Shown: positions 29,112 to 39,208 of the stretch, one piece after another
Position numbering within the stretch: the stretch's first letter is position 1
Layout: each line of letters starts with the position of its first letter
Assembly: GCA_029856045.1 (NCBI GenBank)
Contig: JAHQWG010000016.1
Coordinates: forward strand, 448,001 to 512,000
Direction: 5' to 3'
DNA from: Promethearchaeia archaeon
GTDB lineage: Archaea > Asgardarchaeota > Lokiarchaeia > Sigyniarchaeales > SOKP01
DNA: 64,000 nucleotides
Made by a program: the position numbers and the translations under genes
Notes under the pieces: generated by a model
Told to the model about the DNA's origin: nothing
Seen by the model: the letters and a program-made list of their open reading frames with translations, nothing else
Databases searched by the model: none

Positions 29112-30506
29112 ATGAACAATGAAGTTAGTGTCTCTATAACTACGGGTGATAACCCAAAAGACGCTGTTATAAAAGGGATCAATAATCTTGGTGGGATCTC
29201 TAAATTTATAGAAAAAGACGAAACTGTTTTTATAAAAATTAACTTAACTTCGATTACTGGATTTCCTTCTAATGTTAATTTTAATACACTTATTGAAATA
29301 ATTAAACTTTGTAAAACAGCCGGGGCTAAAAAAGTTTATATTGGCTCATTTCCATATGAAAATCTTTCAATTAAAGATGTTTCTGATGAATTAGGGCTAA
29401 AAGAATTTCTCGAATATTATGGCGGTGAATTAGTTTTTTTAGATAATAGTGATAAATTAAAAATATCAAACGAGGAGAAATTAAAACTTCAGAAAGATAG
29501 TTTTAAGGAGGTTGAGGTTCAAGATTTTATTATTCAGTATCCCAAAATAATCTTAAATATTGATAAATTTATTTGCTTAAATCAAGTAAATGTCCATCCT
29601 TTATTTAATATTCATTTATCTTTATTAAATCTATTTTCATGTATTCCGTTCAAATTTAGGAAAATTTTTGCTAAAGAAAATGCAGAAAAAGATTATATTA
29701 TTACAGATCAATACAAAAAAAAATTGATTTCAAGAATTTTTGATATTTACGATATCAAAAAACCAAATTTAGTAATAAATGATCTTTTCCACTTTATGGA
29801 AGGAGCAGGCCCATTCATTTACAAAGATTCTAAAATTAATCCTTCAAAATATATTGTATGTGGAAATGAAGCAATAGCAACAGACTATACAACATTAAAA
29901 ATTCTAGGACTTAATCCTGAAAAAAATTTCTTAATCTCTCATTGGATTGAAAAAAATATTGGTATTTTAGATTTGGAAAAAATAAATCTCTTGGGTGAAA
30001 ATCTTGAAGAAATTAATTTAACCTTTAAACAGTGTAAAAAAAGAATAGAAGATATTTACGTACAAAAATTTAATATCAAAAAAGGTCAGATTTGTAGTGG
30101 ATGCTTTTTGCAATCATATTATCTATTAAATTTTTTGAAAACTTTTTTGTTAAAAGATTTGAACTATTTACCACAATGCTCGTATCTTTTTGGAGCAAAT
30201 CCATTGGAACCTGATTCGCCTAATAATATAATACTATACGGAGATTGCGCAATAAAGACAACTGAAAAAAGAGAATTTCGAACTATTGAAAAAGAGGGAA
30301 GAGATATAAAGACTCTATTTCTAAAAAAAGCCATTATGGAAAAAAAGAATAAAAGAATTTTAGAAATCCCTGGATGCCCTCCAAATATACAAGACACATT
30401 GAATCGTTTTTTAAAATATTTTAAAAAAAATAATCTTCCTACACTAAATTTCTATATGAAAAAATTGAATAAAACTAAAAAAACAGTTGAATTTGATGAG
30501 TCTTAA
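29112..30506 (+). CDS. DUF362 domain Fe-S protein
   Basis: LGGISKFI...VFIKIN, MEGAGP, ATD; C-terminal CSGC, GDCA, IPGCPP. Confidence 0.8.
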   Translation: MNNEVSVSITTGDNPKDAVIKGINNLGGISKFIEKDETVFIKINLTSITGFPSNVNFNTLIEIIKLCKTAGAKKVYIGSFPYENLSIKDVSDELGLKEFLEYYGGELVFLDNSDKLKISNEEKLKLQKDSFKEVEVQDFIIQYPKIILNIDKFICLNQVNVHPLFNIHLSLLNLFSCIPFKFRKIFAKENAEKDYIITDQYKKKLISRIFDIYDIKKPNLVINDLFHFMEGAGPFIYKDSKINPSKYIVCGNEAIATDYTTLKILGLNPEKNFLISHWIEKNIGILDLEKINLLGENLEEINLTFKQCKKRIEDIYVQKFNIKKGQICSGCFLQSYYLLNFLKTFLLKDLNYLPQCSYLFGANPLEPDSPNNIILYGDCAIKTTEKREFRTIEKEGRDIKTLFLKKAIMEKKNKRILEIPGCPPNIQDTLNRFLKYFKKNNLPTLNFYMKKLNKTKKTVEFDES

Positions 30507-32040
30507 TAAGATATTTAAAGAAAATTGGTTGAAAATTTTAGATTTCAATGCTAAAATTAAAGAAAAAAAGGATTTTGATAAATCTCAAATAAAAGTAAGA
30601 ATTCCGGTCACACCATTAGAAATAGACCTGTCTTTATTATATAAATTAGTTTCACATATTTATCCGGATTTTGTTAATGATAAACAAAATGTTTTAGATA
30701 TTATAATCTCAAATGATCAAAAAAAAATTGAGAAAAGCTATTTACATTTAACTTATAAAAATGGAAATCATTACCAAGTAAAAAAAATTGACTATAATAA
30801 CGGATTCCTTAAAGACCAAAATTTAAATAATTTGGGAGAAATTTTTAACAAATGTCAGAATAATTTAAGGGAGAAAGAAGGTATCACAATTTCTGGGTTA
30901 AGAATTTACACAGAAAAGGCAATAGATAAAATAAATTCATTAACTAGCAACATAAATAGTGTTGATCTAAAAACTTATTTGATTAATCTGTGCCATACAT
31001 TCTATAATCTCATAAATAAAAACATGTTATATATTTATCCTGAACCATCTTTCATGATATTTCTTAAACAATTAGTAAAATTTTTAAATTTTATTGACTC
31101 TAGTAAAATTTTTATCTCCATTTATGAGTTATTCCCTAAATTTAATAGTGGTATATTATTTACTCAAGAAAATTTGCACTTTTTAGTTTTAATTAGGAAA
31201 TCAACTTCGAATTTTGACATTAAATTATTAGATCTTGAAGGTTTTGATTATGATTTTAATACAATAAACCAAAAAACCCTTTTAAAAAAATTATTAAAAA
31301 AATTTAAAATTAAATCTATATACCATTTTAACTTTCAGCAATTTTTATATTATTTAGATGATTTAATTGAGAGTGATATTCCCTTCGAACAGGGACGCTT
31401 TTCATTTCTACTTCAGAAATTACTTTATGCTTATAAAAGCTATGAAATTAATTGGTACTCTTATCCAAGACCAATTATTTATAATTTCTTTATAAAATTC
31501 TTTAGCCGGTTAGTTGGATATAACGTAAATTTAAAAAAATTAAGCTACTGGGCTATTCCAGAATTAATTATTAATGTACAAAATTCAATTTTGGGATTAT
31601 TAAATAAAATTATAATAATTATTACTGATTTTCAATCAATAAAAATAGATAAATCCAAAAAGCAAGAATCTTTAAAAGAAACATTATCAAATGCCTACTT
31701 AATAAAAACATTTAATGGAAAATTAAAAAACATTCAATTACTTAACAAATCCGATGTTATTTCAGAAAATCAAAATAATTCCTTAAAAAATATCAGGAAT
31801 GAAACTTCCTCAAGATTTGGATATATTTCTTCTGTAATTAGTATTGATAAATCATTAATTAAATTAATAATTCAAAATTTCTTGTTAAATCAGCATAGAT
31901 TTAATCCCTTTTCTAATTTAATCACTCTAAGAAAATTTCGAAATCCTCTTTACTTTAATCTTTATCCAAATAGAAAGATATATCTAAATTTAAAGATGAG
32001 AACTTTATTACCTATTTTAATTGATAAGTTTGAATTCTAA
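30496..32040 (+). CDS. Hypothetical protein
   Basis: Long ORF overlapping the DUF362 stop; no recognisable motif. Confidence 0.65.
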   Translation: MSLNKIFKENWLKILDFNAKIKEKKDFDKSQIKVRIPVTPLEIDLSLLYKLVSHIYPDFVNDKQNVLDIIISNDQKKIEKSYLHLTYKNGNHYQVKKIDYNNGFLKDQNLNNLGEIFNKCQNNLREKEGITISGLRIYTEKAIDKINSLTSNINSVDLKTYLINLCHTFYNLINKNMLYIYPEPSFMIFLKQLVKFLNFIDSSKIFISIYELFPKFNSGILFTQENLHFLVLIRKSTSNFDIKLLDLEGFDYDFNTINQKTLLKKLLKKFKIKSIYHFNFQQFLYYLDDLIESDIPFEQGRFSFLLQKLLYAYKSYEINWYSYPRPIIYNFFIKFFSRLVGYNVNLKKLSYWAIPELIINVQNSILGLLNKIIIIITDFQSIKIDKSKKQESLKETLSNAYLIKTFNGKLKNIQLLNKSDVISENQNNSLKNIRNETSSRFGYISSVISIDKSLIKLIIQNFLLNQHRFNPFSNLITLRKFRNPLYFNLYPNRKIYLNLKMRTLLPILIDKFEF

Positions 32041-32133
32041 ATTAATATAAATATTATATTTAAAGAAGAAAAAAAATAAAATATTATATTTTAATTAAAA
32101 AAAATTTTGTAAAATTAATTCATATTAATTTTT

Positions 32134-32799
32134 TTAAGACATCTCGGAAGGTAATCCAGCATGTCTAATTTTTTCTCGTTCGGAAATGTTTTGAGAAAGT
32201 CGCTTTCTTAAATCAGCTAATTTATCTTCATTTTCTTTAATGTTTTTTTCTTTATCCAATACATCTTTTTTCTCGGCTAATAATTCTTTATGTAGCTTTA
32301 AATATTCACTTTCGGCTTTTAATATCTGTTCTTGTGGTTTTTTCGCTTTCACAGCTTTTACATAAGCTAGCTGTTTTTTAGCTAAATTTTCTCGTCCTTT
32401 TGCTACATCCATTTTCTCATCAGCTAATTTTCCTCTATCTTTTGAAATACTTTCCTCAGATTCAGCGATTTTTCGGTTGGTTTCTGCAATTTTCTTTTGG
32501 ACTTTCGCAACTTGTTCGAAATAAATTGCAGTTTTTTTTTGACTATTTAATTCACCCTCTGTAAACTTTAGAATATCTTTAACCTTATTTTTTCTCTCTA
32601 CTAAATTTTTATTTTTTTCTGCCAATGTTTCTCTAGCTTCTGCTAATTCTATTTCCTTTTTACACAAGTGCTCTCGCGCTTTTGCTCGTTCAAATTCTAA
32701 TTTTGCTGCAGATTTCAACTTCTGCGCAAGATCTTTTATTTCTCTTGCCAATGCTGAATTTTCGCTAGCCATTCTTTCTACATTTTCAACTTCAACCAT
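32134..32799 (-). CDS. All-helical coiled-coil protein
   Basis: K/E/A-rich heptads throughout; GAGGTGGTGA RBS. Confidence 0.8.
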   Translation of the reverse strand: MVEVENVERMASENSALAREIKDLAQKLKSAAKLEFERAKAREHLCKKEIELAEARETLAEKNKNLVERKNKVKDILKFTEGELNSQKKTAIYFEQVAKVQKKIAETNRKIAESEESISKDRGKLADEKMDVAKGRENLAKKQLAYVKAVKAKKPQEQILKAESEYLKLHKELLAEKKDVLDKEKNIKENEDKLADLRKRLSQNISEREKIRHAGLPSEMS

Positions 32800-33194
32800 A
32801 ATTTCACCACCTCTTATAACTAAAAATATTTATTTTTAATTTTTCTGTGCCAAATTTTTTAAAAATTATACTTATTCTTAAATATTGCATTTAATAAGTA
32901 AGATTACTTACTATTTAAAAATTAAAATTAGAAAAAAATAAAGGAAAAATTTTTTTAAAAAAGTTGAATTTAATTAATAAAAATAGAATTTATTAAGATA
33001 CTGCAGAAATAATTAAAAAGTTAGGATAAGAACTCGAATTTGAACAATATATGACGCTTCTTCGAAAATCCAGGCTTTAATAAGAGAAATCTTTTTTAGG
33101 AAATATTATATTTTAGGATCACAAATTTTTTAAATTAGCAAATTCAAATTATTTTTAATTTTATTTAATTATTACAAATTGGTGAACTCGTTCA

Positions 33195-33914
33195 ATGGAT
33201 AAAAAGAGAGTATTGATAATTTCTGGTTTAATAAACATAATTGTTTTAATTATTATTTTAATAAATATAATAATAATTTTTCCTCTAACTTATGAAACTT
33301 TATGGATCTATGGATTTTACATTGTCATCGCTGGTTTAATTACATATCTAACAGGAATATTTCTCACAGATAAATACTACTTAGAATTTATTGGAACATT
33401 TATTGTGATAATCGGAGAAATATTCATTATTATTTATTTTGCAGTAGCTCAACCTTTGTGGGCTAATTGGATTAGTATTTATTTTATTTTTCCAACGACA
33501 ACTTTTTTTACAATGATGATTATCGCTTATTATAATGGAAGAGACGATTTAGAAAATAAGAGAGCTTTAAATGTTGGTCTTATGTTGGTCTCTGGTTCAT
33601 TCTTCTCATTGATGGTTGAATCTGCAATAAAAATACCTGAACTGTTCCAATCGGTGAATGTTCCAATCTGGGCTATAATTATTATCGTTGGTGGATTAAT
33701 GCTATATGCTTTTACCACTTGGAAAATATTTGAAGGAGGAAGTTACATAATGGCTTTAACTGGTGCTTTTATTGTAAATATTGGTGTAATAATGCTTGAA
33801 TTATTTTATAGAATTCACGAAATTACTGGTATTTTTACACTCTTGTTTTTACCTCCAGCTGGAATTTTCTTTCTTTTGATTTTCATTAATTACAAAATCT
33901 CCCCCTACGATTAA
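33195..33914 (+). CDS. Multi-pass membrane protein (about 8 TM)
   Basis: Hydrophobic helices, apparent 4+4 internal duplication; GGTGA RBS. Confidence 0.75.
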   Translation: MDKKRVLIISGLINIIVLIIILINIIIIFPLTYETLWIYGFYIVIAGLITYLTGIFLTDKYYLEFIGTFIVIIGEIFIIIYFAVAQPLWANWISIYFIFPTTTFFTMMIIAYYNGRDDLENKRALNVGLMLVSGSFFSLMVESAIKIPELFQSVNVPIWAIIIIVGGLMLYAFTTWKIFEGGSYIMALTGAFIVNIGVIMLELFYRIHEITGIFTLLFLPPAGIFFLLIFINYKISPYD

Positions 33915-34259
33915 TTAAGCTCTTAATAACTTTGAAAATCTTACATACCTCTTTTTTTTATTAAATACTCTCAATTTAAATTTAGCTTTAATCAAAACAT
34001 CGCTCTTTATTATGAATTTTTTAGATCTCTAATATCTTTTAAACGAATTCAAGTCTTAATTTACCATTTAGTCAAAATTATATACTTGTATTGTCAAAAA
34101 AAGATAATAAATTTATATCCTTATATGTTTTAAAAGAATTCTGACCAGTTAATTTTTTAAGTTATTCTTTCTCTATTGTATTATGTTTTTTTTACTATTG
34201 GCGATATTAATTTAAATGAATTGAAATAGTAGTACAATTTAATTGTTTCTAGATGTATA

Positions 34260-34474
34260 ATGGGGAAAAAAAAATCTAAAAGTAAAGACAAAAAGAAGTA
34301 ATTTTTTCACTATCAAATTTTATTGGAGTAAAAAAAGTAGGTAAAATTCTCGAACAAATAGAAGAAGAGCTTGAAAATTATCCAATAATAGAGACCTTTC
34401 TCAAAATTCTTGATTTAAAAAGGGAAAATATCTCATCAAAAAAATTTATTCACTATTTAAAAGAAGTAATTTAG
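34260..34474 (+). pseudogene. Small gene split by a -1 frameshift (or a 13-aa basic peptide)
   Basis: ATG 34260 gives MGKKKSKSKDKKK*; the -1 frame continues KEVIFSLSNFIGVKKVGKILEQIEEELENYPIIETFLKILDLKRENISSKKFIHYLKEVI* across GAC AAA AAG. Confidence 0.4.
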
Positions 34475-34705
34475 ATTATTGTTTATCCTATATAATAGGA
34501 TTTAAAGAGTTGATTAAAAAAAAATTATCTCTAATTTAATTTTAAAAATTGCAATATTTCTAAAATTTTTTAATTTGAAAATATAAATTTATATATATTT
34601 AATCTCCTTAATAAAAAATTATAAAACGACTTAGATTTTAACTTATTATGCAGAAAAATTTCACATTATATCCAAAATAAAAAAATTTTTGAAAAGGAAT
34701 AAAAT

Positions 34706-35533
34706 TTGGCTGTAAAATCTCATAAAAAACTTAAAGGAATTAATCTATTTCAAACTGTTAAATATCCGTTATTTATTATTGTTATTTTTTTTCTTATTAT
34801 TATTCAGTTCCATTGGGTTCTTTCTATTCGCAACATTCAAATTTCATACGATTTAAGTAATTATACTAAACAAGAACTGAAAGTAACTAATTTGAATGAT
34901 TTTTTTGAAGCTAAATTTGCTTATATGAAGGAAAACCCGATTAATTTAACTACTGCTTCCGAAAAGGTTCTTGAAAATGAAACTTTAATGTATCAGATTG
35001 AATCTCGGTTAAATAGCTCAGTTACATCAGTTCAAGAAATTTATAATGCTTATCTAAATGGTTCTTTGGATAACTTAATTATCGATTTCTTTCGAGAAAT
35101 GTGGCATTATGCTTTTACTGAATTAATTCCAGAAGAATACTATAAACCAGCATTTATAAATCTCACAAACCAAGGATGGGCATCAATTAATAATATTACT
35201 GTTTATGGTGATTTTTTATTAGAGAATAAATCAGCAAGGTTTTTAAAAAGTATTACTAATATTTTAAGTTTTAATGAACCATTGATTCTGGAAATATCAC
35301 TCGCTAATCTAATTAATGCAATCGCAAATATCACATATGATATTCTTATTGATCTTACCATAACTCTTTTAGAAAATAATCATATTGTTAATGAAACAGT
35401 TTTAGCATATTTTAAAGAATTGATTAAAAATTTTCAGCTAAGTGTTTCGCTTTATGTAAATGGAAGATGTGGGTTTGTTATTACCACTTTAGATTTGAAA
35501 ATTGATTTAAATTTTATAATAAAGAACTTATGA
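34706..35533 (+). CDS. Membrane-anchored extracellular hypothetical protein
   Basis: Single N-terminal TM; many N-x-S/T sequons (NYT, NLT, NET, NSS, NGS, NIT, NKS). Confidence 0.7.
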   Translation: MAVKSHKKLKGINLFQTVKYPLFIIVIFFLIIIQFHWVLSIRNIQISYDLSNYTKQELKVTNLNDFFEAKFAYMKENPINLTTASEKVLENETLMYQIESRLNSSVTSVQEIYNAYLNGSLDNLIIDFFREMWHYAFTELIPEEYYKPAFINLTNQGWASINNITVYGDFLLENKSARFLKSITNILSFNEPLILEISLANLINAIANITYDILIDLTITLLENNHIVNETVLAYFKELIKNFQLSVSLYVNGRCGFVITTLDLKIDLNFIIKNL

Positions 35534-35551
35534 ATATTAAATAAGGGAAAA

Positions 35552-37192
35552 ATGAAATTATTCTATCTTAATATTAAAAAAGGTAAAGTTATTGCCATTA
35601 TTGGAGGCTTAATTCTATTAATTTTCCTAGCAATAATAATTTTCATAAGATTGCTTAGCAATATTATGCCAATAGTTGATGATTTTACAAAAAGTTTTAA
35701 ATTTATAATTTTAGGAATCGAGATGACCTATATTGAAATCTTTCTTATGGTCTTTTTATTTTTATTTTATGAAGCAATTGATGCCTATGTTGAAGGATTC
35801 ATTATGGTTTTGATAAAAATTTTTTTTATACTTTTTATTTTCTTTATTATTTTTCAGGCAGGAAAATTGCCAATTATTTTTATTTTTGACTTCTTTGAAT
35901 TAAATCTTGTTTTTGATTTTTCTTTTATTTTTCAAATTCTGCTTTTAATATATTGTTGGGTTTTATTCTGTGAAATTTGTATATTTTTCATAAGATTGAA
36001 ATCTCCTTTACCTGAAATTTTAACTACTTCGGAAATAAGAAAACAACTTCTTCTAAATAGAAAGAAAGTTGATAAAGAAAAACCAAAATTATTTCAAATT
36101 GCTGAAAAAGATTTAATAAAGAAAAAAGAATGGGTCAATCGTGATGAAGATAAAATTATTATTAAAAAAGAAGAATCTATTTTATTAAATAATTGGACAT
36201 ATGTGAATGCTTTAAATAAAGAATCGAAATTTAACTTTTATTTTTTAAATTCTGCAGCTTTAATCTTTGGTGGTTTTATTTATGGTTTAATCCAATATTT
36301 TCTTTTTGATATACCTGCTGAAGGAAATTATTTTAATAATTTTGTATTAGGTTTATTTTTCCCCATCTGGTCAATATTAATAACTTCTTTTTTATCGATT
36401 AGACATTACATTAGAGGATTTGGTTTTTTGGTTTTAATTCTAATCGTACAAACAACACTGAGAGAAAATGGAATTATAACTGTAGAAGGATACTTCTTTT
36501 TATCAATAATTCTTAAGATTACTAACATATTTTACCCCGAATTTTCAAATTTCTTAAATGACTTAACGACAGAACAACTTTTGGATCTAAATTTAAATAT
36601 TTTTGGAATTATCATGCAAATACAGTTTTTCTTACTTCTGATAAAATTAATTATAGATTATCTTAAGAAAAAAAGATCAGCAATGGAAATTCTTATATCG
36701 AATAGATATTTATATTTAAGGCAAATTGAAACTTTCAATAGTTGGAACATGCTCTTTGATCTTATTAATATAGGTATTTGGCCTTTCAATCCAATCAATT
36801 GGAAAGATTTTATACAAAAATTAAGATATAAGAGAAAATCAATACAAGAAGGGTGGTTCCATAGCTATGGTCGGTTATCTTATCTAAAAGCTATAAAAAA
36901 AATAAAGAGATCTATACATCCCAGGGATATAACATACATAGGAGCAATATTATTATTAATTTTAGGAATTATTACATCTAGATATCTTTTTGGCTATGTA
37001 TTTATAATAATTGCATTTATAAAAATTTGGACTATTATAAAGATTAAGAAGGGTCCAAAAATAAAATTATTATATCGTAGAAGTAAAGCAGAAGGTTCTG
37101 CATTTATGTTAGGATATAGTGATATTCTAATATTATTTGATATTTCTGAAAATGTAGCAAATTTATTATCTTCTCTAAAAATAAATCAATAA
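35552..37192 (+). CDS. Multi-pass membrane hypothetical protein
   Basis: Many TM segments with charged cytosolic loops; 18 nt after the previous gene. Confidence 0.7.
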   Translation: MKLFYLNIKKGKVIAIIGGLILLIFLAIIIFIRLLSNIMPIVDDFTKSFKFIILGIEMTYIEIFLMVFLFLFYEAIDAYVEGFIMVLIKIFFILFIFFIIFQAGKLPIIFIFDFFELNLVFDFSFIFQILLLIYCWVLFCEICIFFIRLKSPLPEILTTSEIRKQLLLNRKKVDKEKPKLFQIAEKDLIKKKEWVNRDEDKIIIKKEESILLNNWTYVNALNKESKFNFYFLNSAALIFGGFIYGLIQYFLFDIPAEGNYFNNFVLGLFFPIWSILITSFLSIRHYIRGFGFLVLILIVQTTLRENGIITVEGYFFLSIILKITNIFYPEFSNFLNDLTTEQLLDLNLNIFGIIMQIQFFLLLIKLIIDYLKKKRSAMEILISNRYLYLRQIETFNSWNMLFDLINIGIWPFNPINWKDFIQKLRYKRKSIQEGWFHSYGRLSYLKAIKKIKRSIHPRDITYIGAILLLILGIITSRYLFGYVFIIIAFIKIWTIIKIKKGPKIKLLYRRSKAEGSAFMLGYSDILILFDISENVANLLSSLKINQ

Positions 37193-37694
37193 ATAATAAG
37201 ATTAAAATATTTAGAATTTTTTCTCTAAAAAAATAAATGAAATTTGTTTAACTTGTGAAATTTATAAAATTTTTCTATTCTATATAATATACACGACAAA
37301 TCAATCTAAGAAATATACTATAATATCAAATCCGAATCCGTTTTTTCTTTTCTCTTTATAGAAAAATTGTACTACGTTATTTATTCTTTCTAATTAAAAA
37401 TAATAAAAGCATTATTTTAGAATTAAAGATATCTTTTATAAAAATTTATTAGCAAAATTATCTCTTTACTTACATATCTAAATTCTTACAAAATTGTAGA
37501 AAAACCAAATTTTTCCTGTTATATATTAATCCATTAAACAATTGGGAAAAATATAAAAAATAAAATTAGTAAAATAATCTCGAGATCGTTTGTTTTTGTT
37601 ATAGATTATCAATATAGTTAAATAATTTTTTTAAAAACAATTATATTATTTAAATATATCACAATTTAAAGTAATTTAAAAATACTTTTTAAAA

Positions 37695-38759
37695 ATGCCC
37701 AAATTAATTAAAAAAATATCAAAAAAAAGTGGTTTGCCACCCGGTACTCTTGAATACACAGGAGAGAAAATATCAAGAAAGGTTAAAATCACTGTAATTG
37801 ACTATAATGAAAAAAATTTTCAAATGAAAGAAGTTTCAAAAATCGATCAAGAATTAATAAATTTAGAAAAATCAACAGTTAGATGGATTAATGTCGACAA
37901 TATTAGTCTTAAAGATATTGTAGAGGAAATTGGAAACCAATTTGAACTCCATCCTCTTCTTCTTGAAGATGTTATGAATCCAGAACAACGACCTAAAGTT
38001 GATGATTTTGAAAGGTACCTCTTTATTACCATAAAAATGTTGAATTGGGATCAAGAAAAAAGAGAGATACTTAGTGAGCAAGTTAGTTTAATTTTAGGTC
38101 CAAATTATGTAATAAGTTTTCAGGAACGTGAGTTAGATATGTTTGATCCAATTCTGGAAAGATTAAAAACAAGAAAAGGACAGATTAGGAAAATGGGTTC
38201 AGATTACCTTACTTATACTTTAATTGATTATATTATTGATAATTATTTCATAATCTTGGAAAATATTGGAGATATAATAGAAGATATGGAAGAAGAACTT
38301 ATAACAAATCCGTCACCTGTAACTCTACAATCAATTCATAATTTAAAAAGAGAGATCATCACACTTCGTAAATCAGTTTGGCCTTTAAGAGAAGTCATAA
38401 ATAAATTACAGAGAATAGAAGTCCCTATTATAAAAAATACAACGAAAATTTATATGCGAGATGTTTACGATCACACAATACAAATTATTGATACAATAGA
38501 AAGTTACCGAGATATAATTTCTGGAATGCTTGACATTTATCTTTCAAGTATAAGCAATAAAATGAATGAAATTATGAAGGTTTTAACAATAATTTCTACA
38601 ATATTTATACCTTTAACTTTTCTTGCAGGCGTTTACGGGATGAATTTTAAATATATGCCAGAAATTGAATCCACTTTAGGTTATCCCTTAATTTGGCTAA
38701 TAATGGTTATTATAACAGTTATAATGATAATTTTTTTTAAGAAAAAAAACTGGTTATGA
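37695..38759 (+). CDS. corA: Magnesium/cobalt transporter CorA
   Basis: GLPPGTL, LHPLLLEDV..QRPK, MNEIMKVLT, PLTFLAGVYGMNF..MPE. Confidence 0.96.
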   Translation: MPKLIKKISKKSGLPPGTLEYTGEKISRKVKITVIDYNEKNFQMKEVSKIDQELINLEKSTVRWINVDNISLKDIVEEIGNQFELHPLLLEDVMNPEQRPKVDDFERYLFITIKMLNWDQEKREILSEQVSLILGPNYVISFQERELDMFDPILERLKTRKGQIRKMGSDYLTYTLIDYIIDNYFIILENIGDIIEDMEEELITNPSPVTLQSIHNLKREIITLRKSVWPLREVINKLQRIEVPIIKNTTKIYMRDVYDHTIQIIDTIESYRDIISGMLDIYLSSISNKMNEIMKVLTIISTIFIPLTFLAGVYGMNFKYMPEIESTLGYPLIWLIMVIITVIMIIFFKKKNWL

Positions 38760-38779
38760 AAGAAAACAATTTTATCTTT

Positions 38780-39208
38780 TTATTTTTTATTGTCTTCTTC
38801 TTTTTCTTCAAAGCTTTTCATTTCCAATTCTGCTTTATCCATATCGATTAATTCTTCAATTCTTGATAAGTAACGTTTAATAGCATTTAATTTTAAATCT
38901 TTATCTTCTTCTTTCTTGAAAAAGAGGCCTAAATTACTATTCTCTCCAAGTTTTATGATAATGAGAGATATATTTTCAGTTTCGAAAATCAATTTTTTAT
39001 AATCGACTAAATCAAAATTACATATTTCATAGAGTTTTTGCACGTGACTTAACATCTTAGCAATATTTTCACCTAATTTAGGTATATTTATATCTTGTTC
39101 AAACGTAGTTTGGAAAATTATTCCATTGTTATAAAACATTACAATATGTAAGACTTCAGGTAAAGCGGTTTGAATCCGTTTAATATTTTTAAATACCATT
39201 TTTTTCAC
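38780..39208 (-). CDS. Roadblock/LC7-like small alpha/beta protein
   Basis: Helix, two strands (HIVMFYNNGIIF), helix, three strands (KLIFET/SLIIIKL/LGLFF), helix; 4-nt start/stop overlap with the permease. Confidence 0.55.
   Translation of the reverse strand: MKKMVFKNIKRIQTALPEVLHIVMFYNNGIIFQTTFEQDINIPKLGENIAKMLSHVQKLYEICNFDLVDYKKLIFETENISLIIIKLGENSNLGLFFKKEEDKDLKLNAIKRYLSRIEELIDMDKAELEMKSFEEKEEDNKK

Noticed and set aside
32995-33085. Protein-like scrap DTAEIIKKLG*ELEFEQYMTLLRKSRL
   Set aside because: Too short and interrupted to assign to a family.
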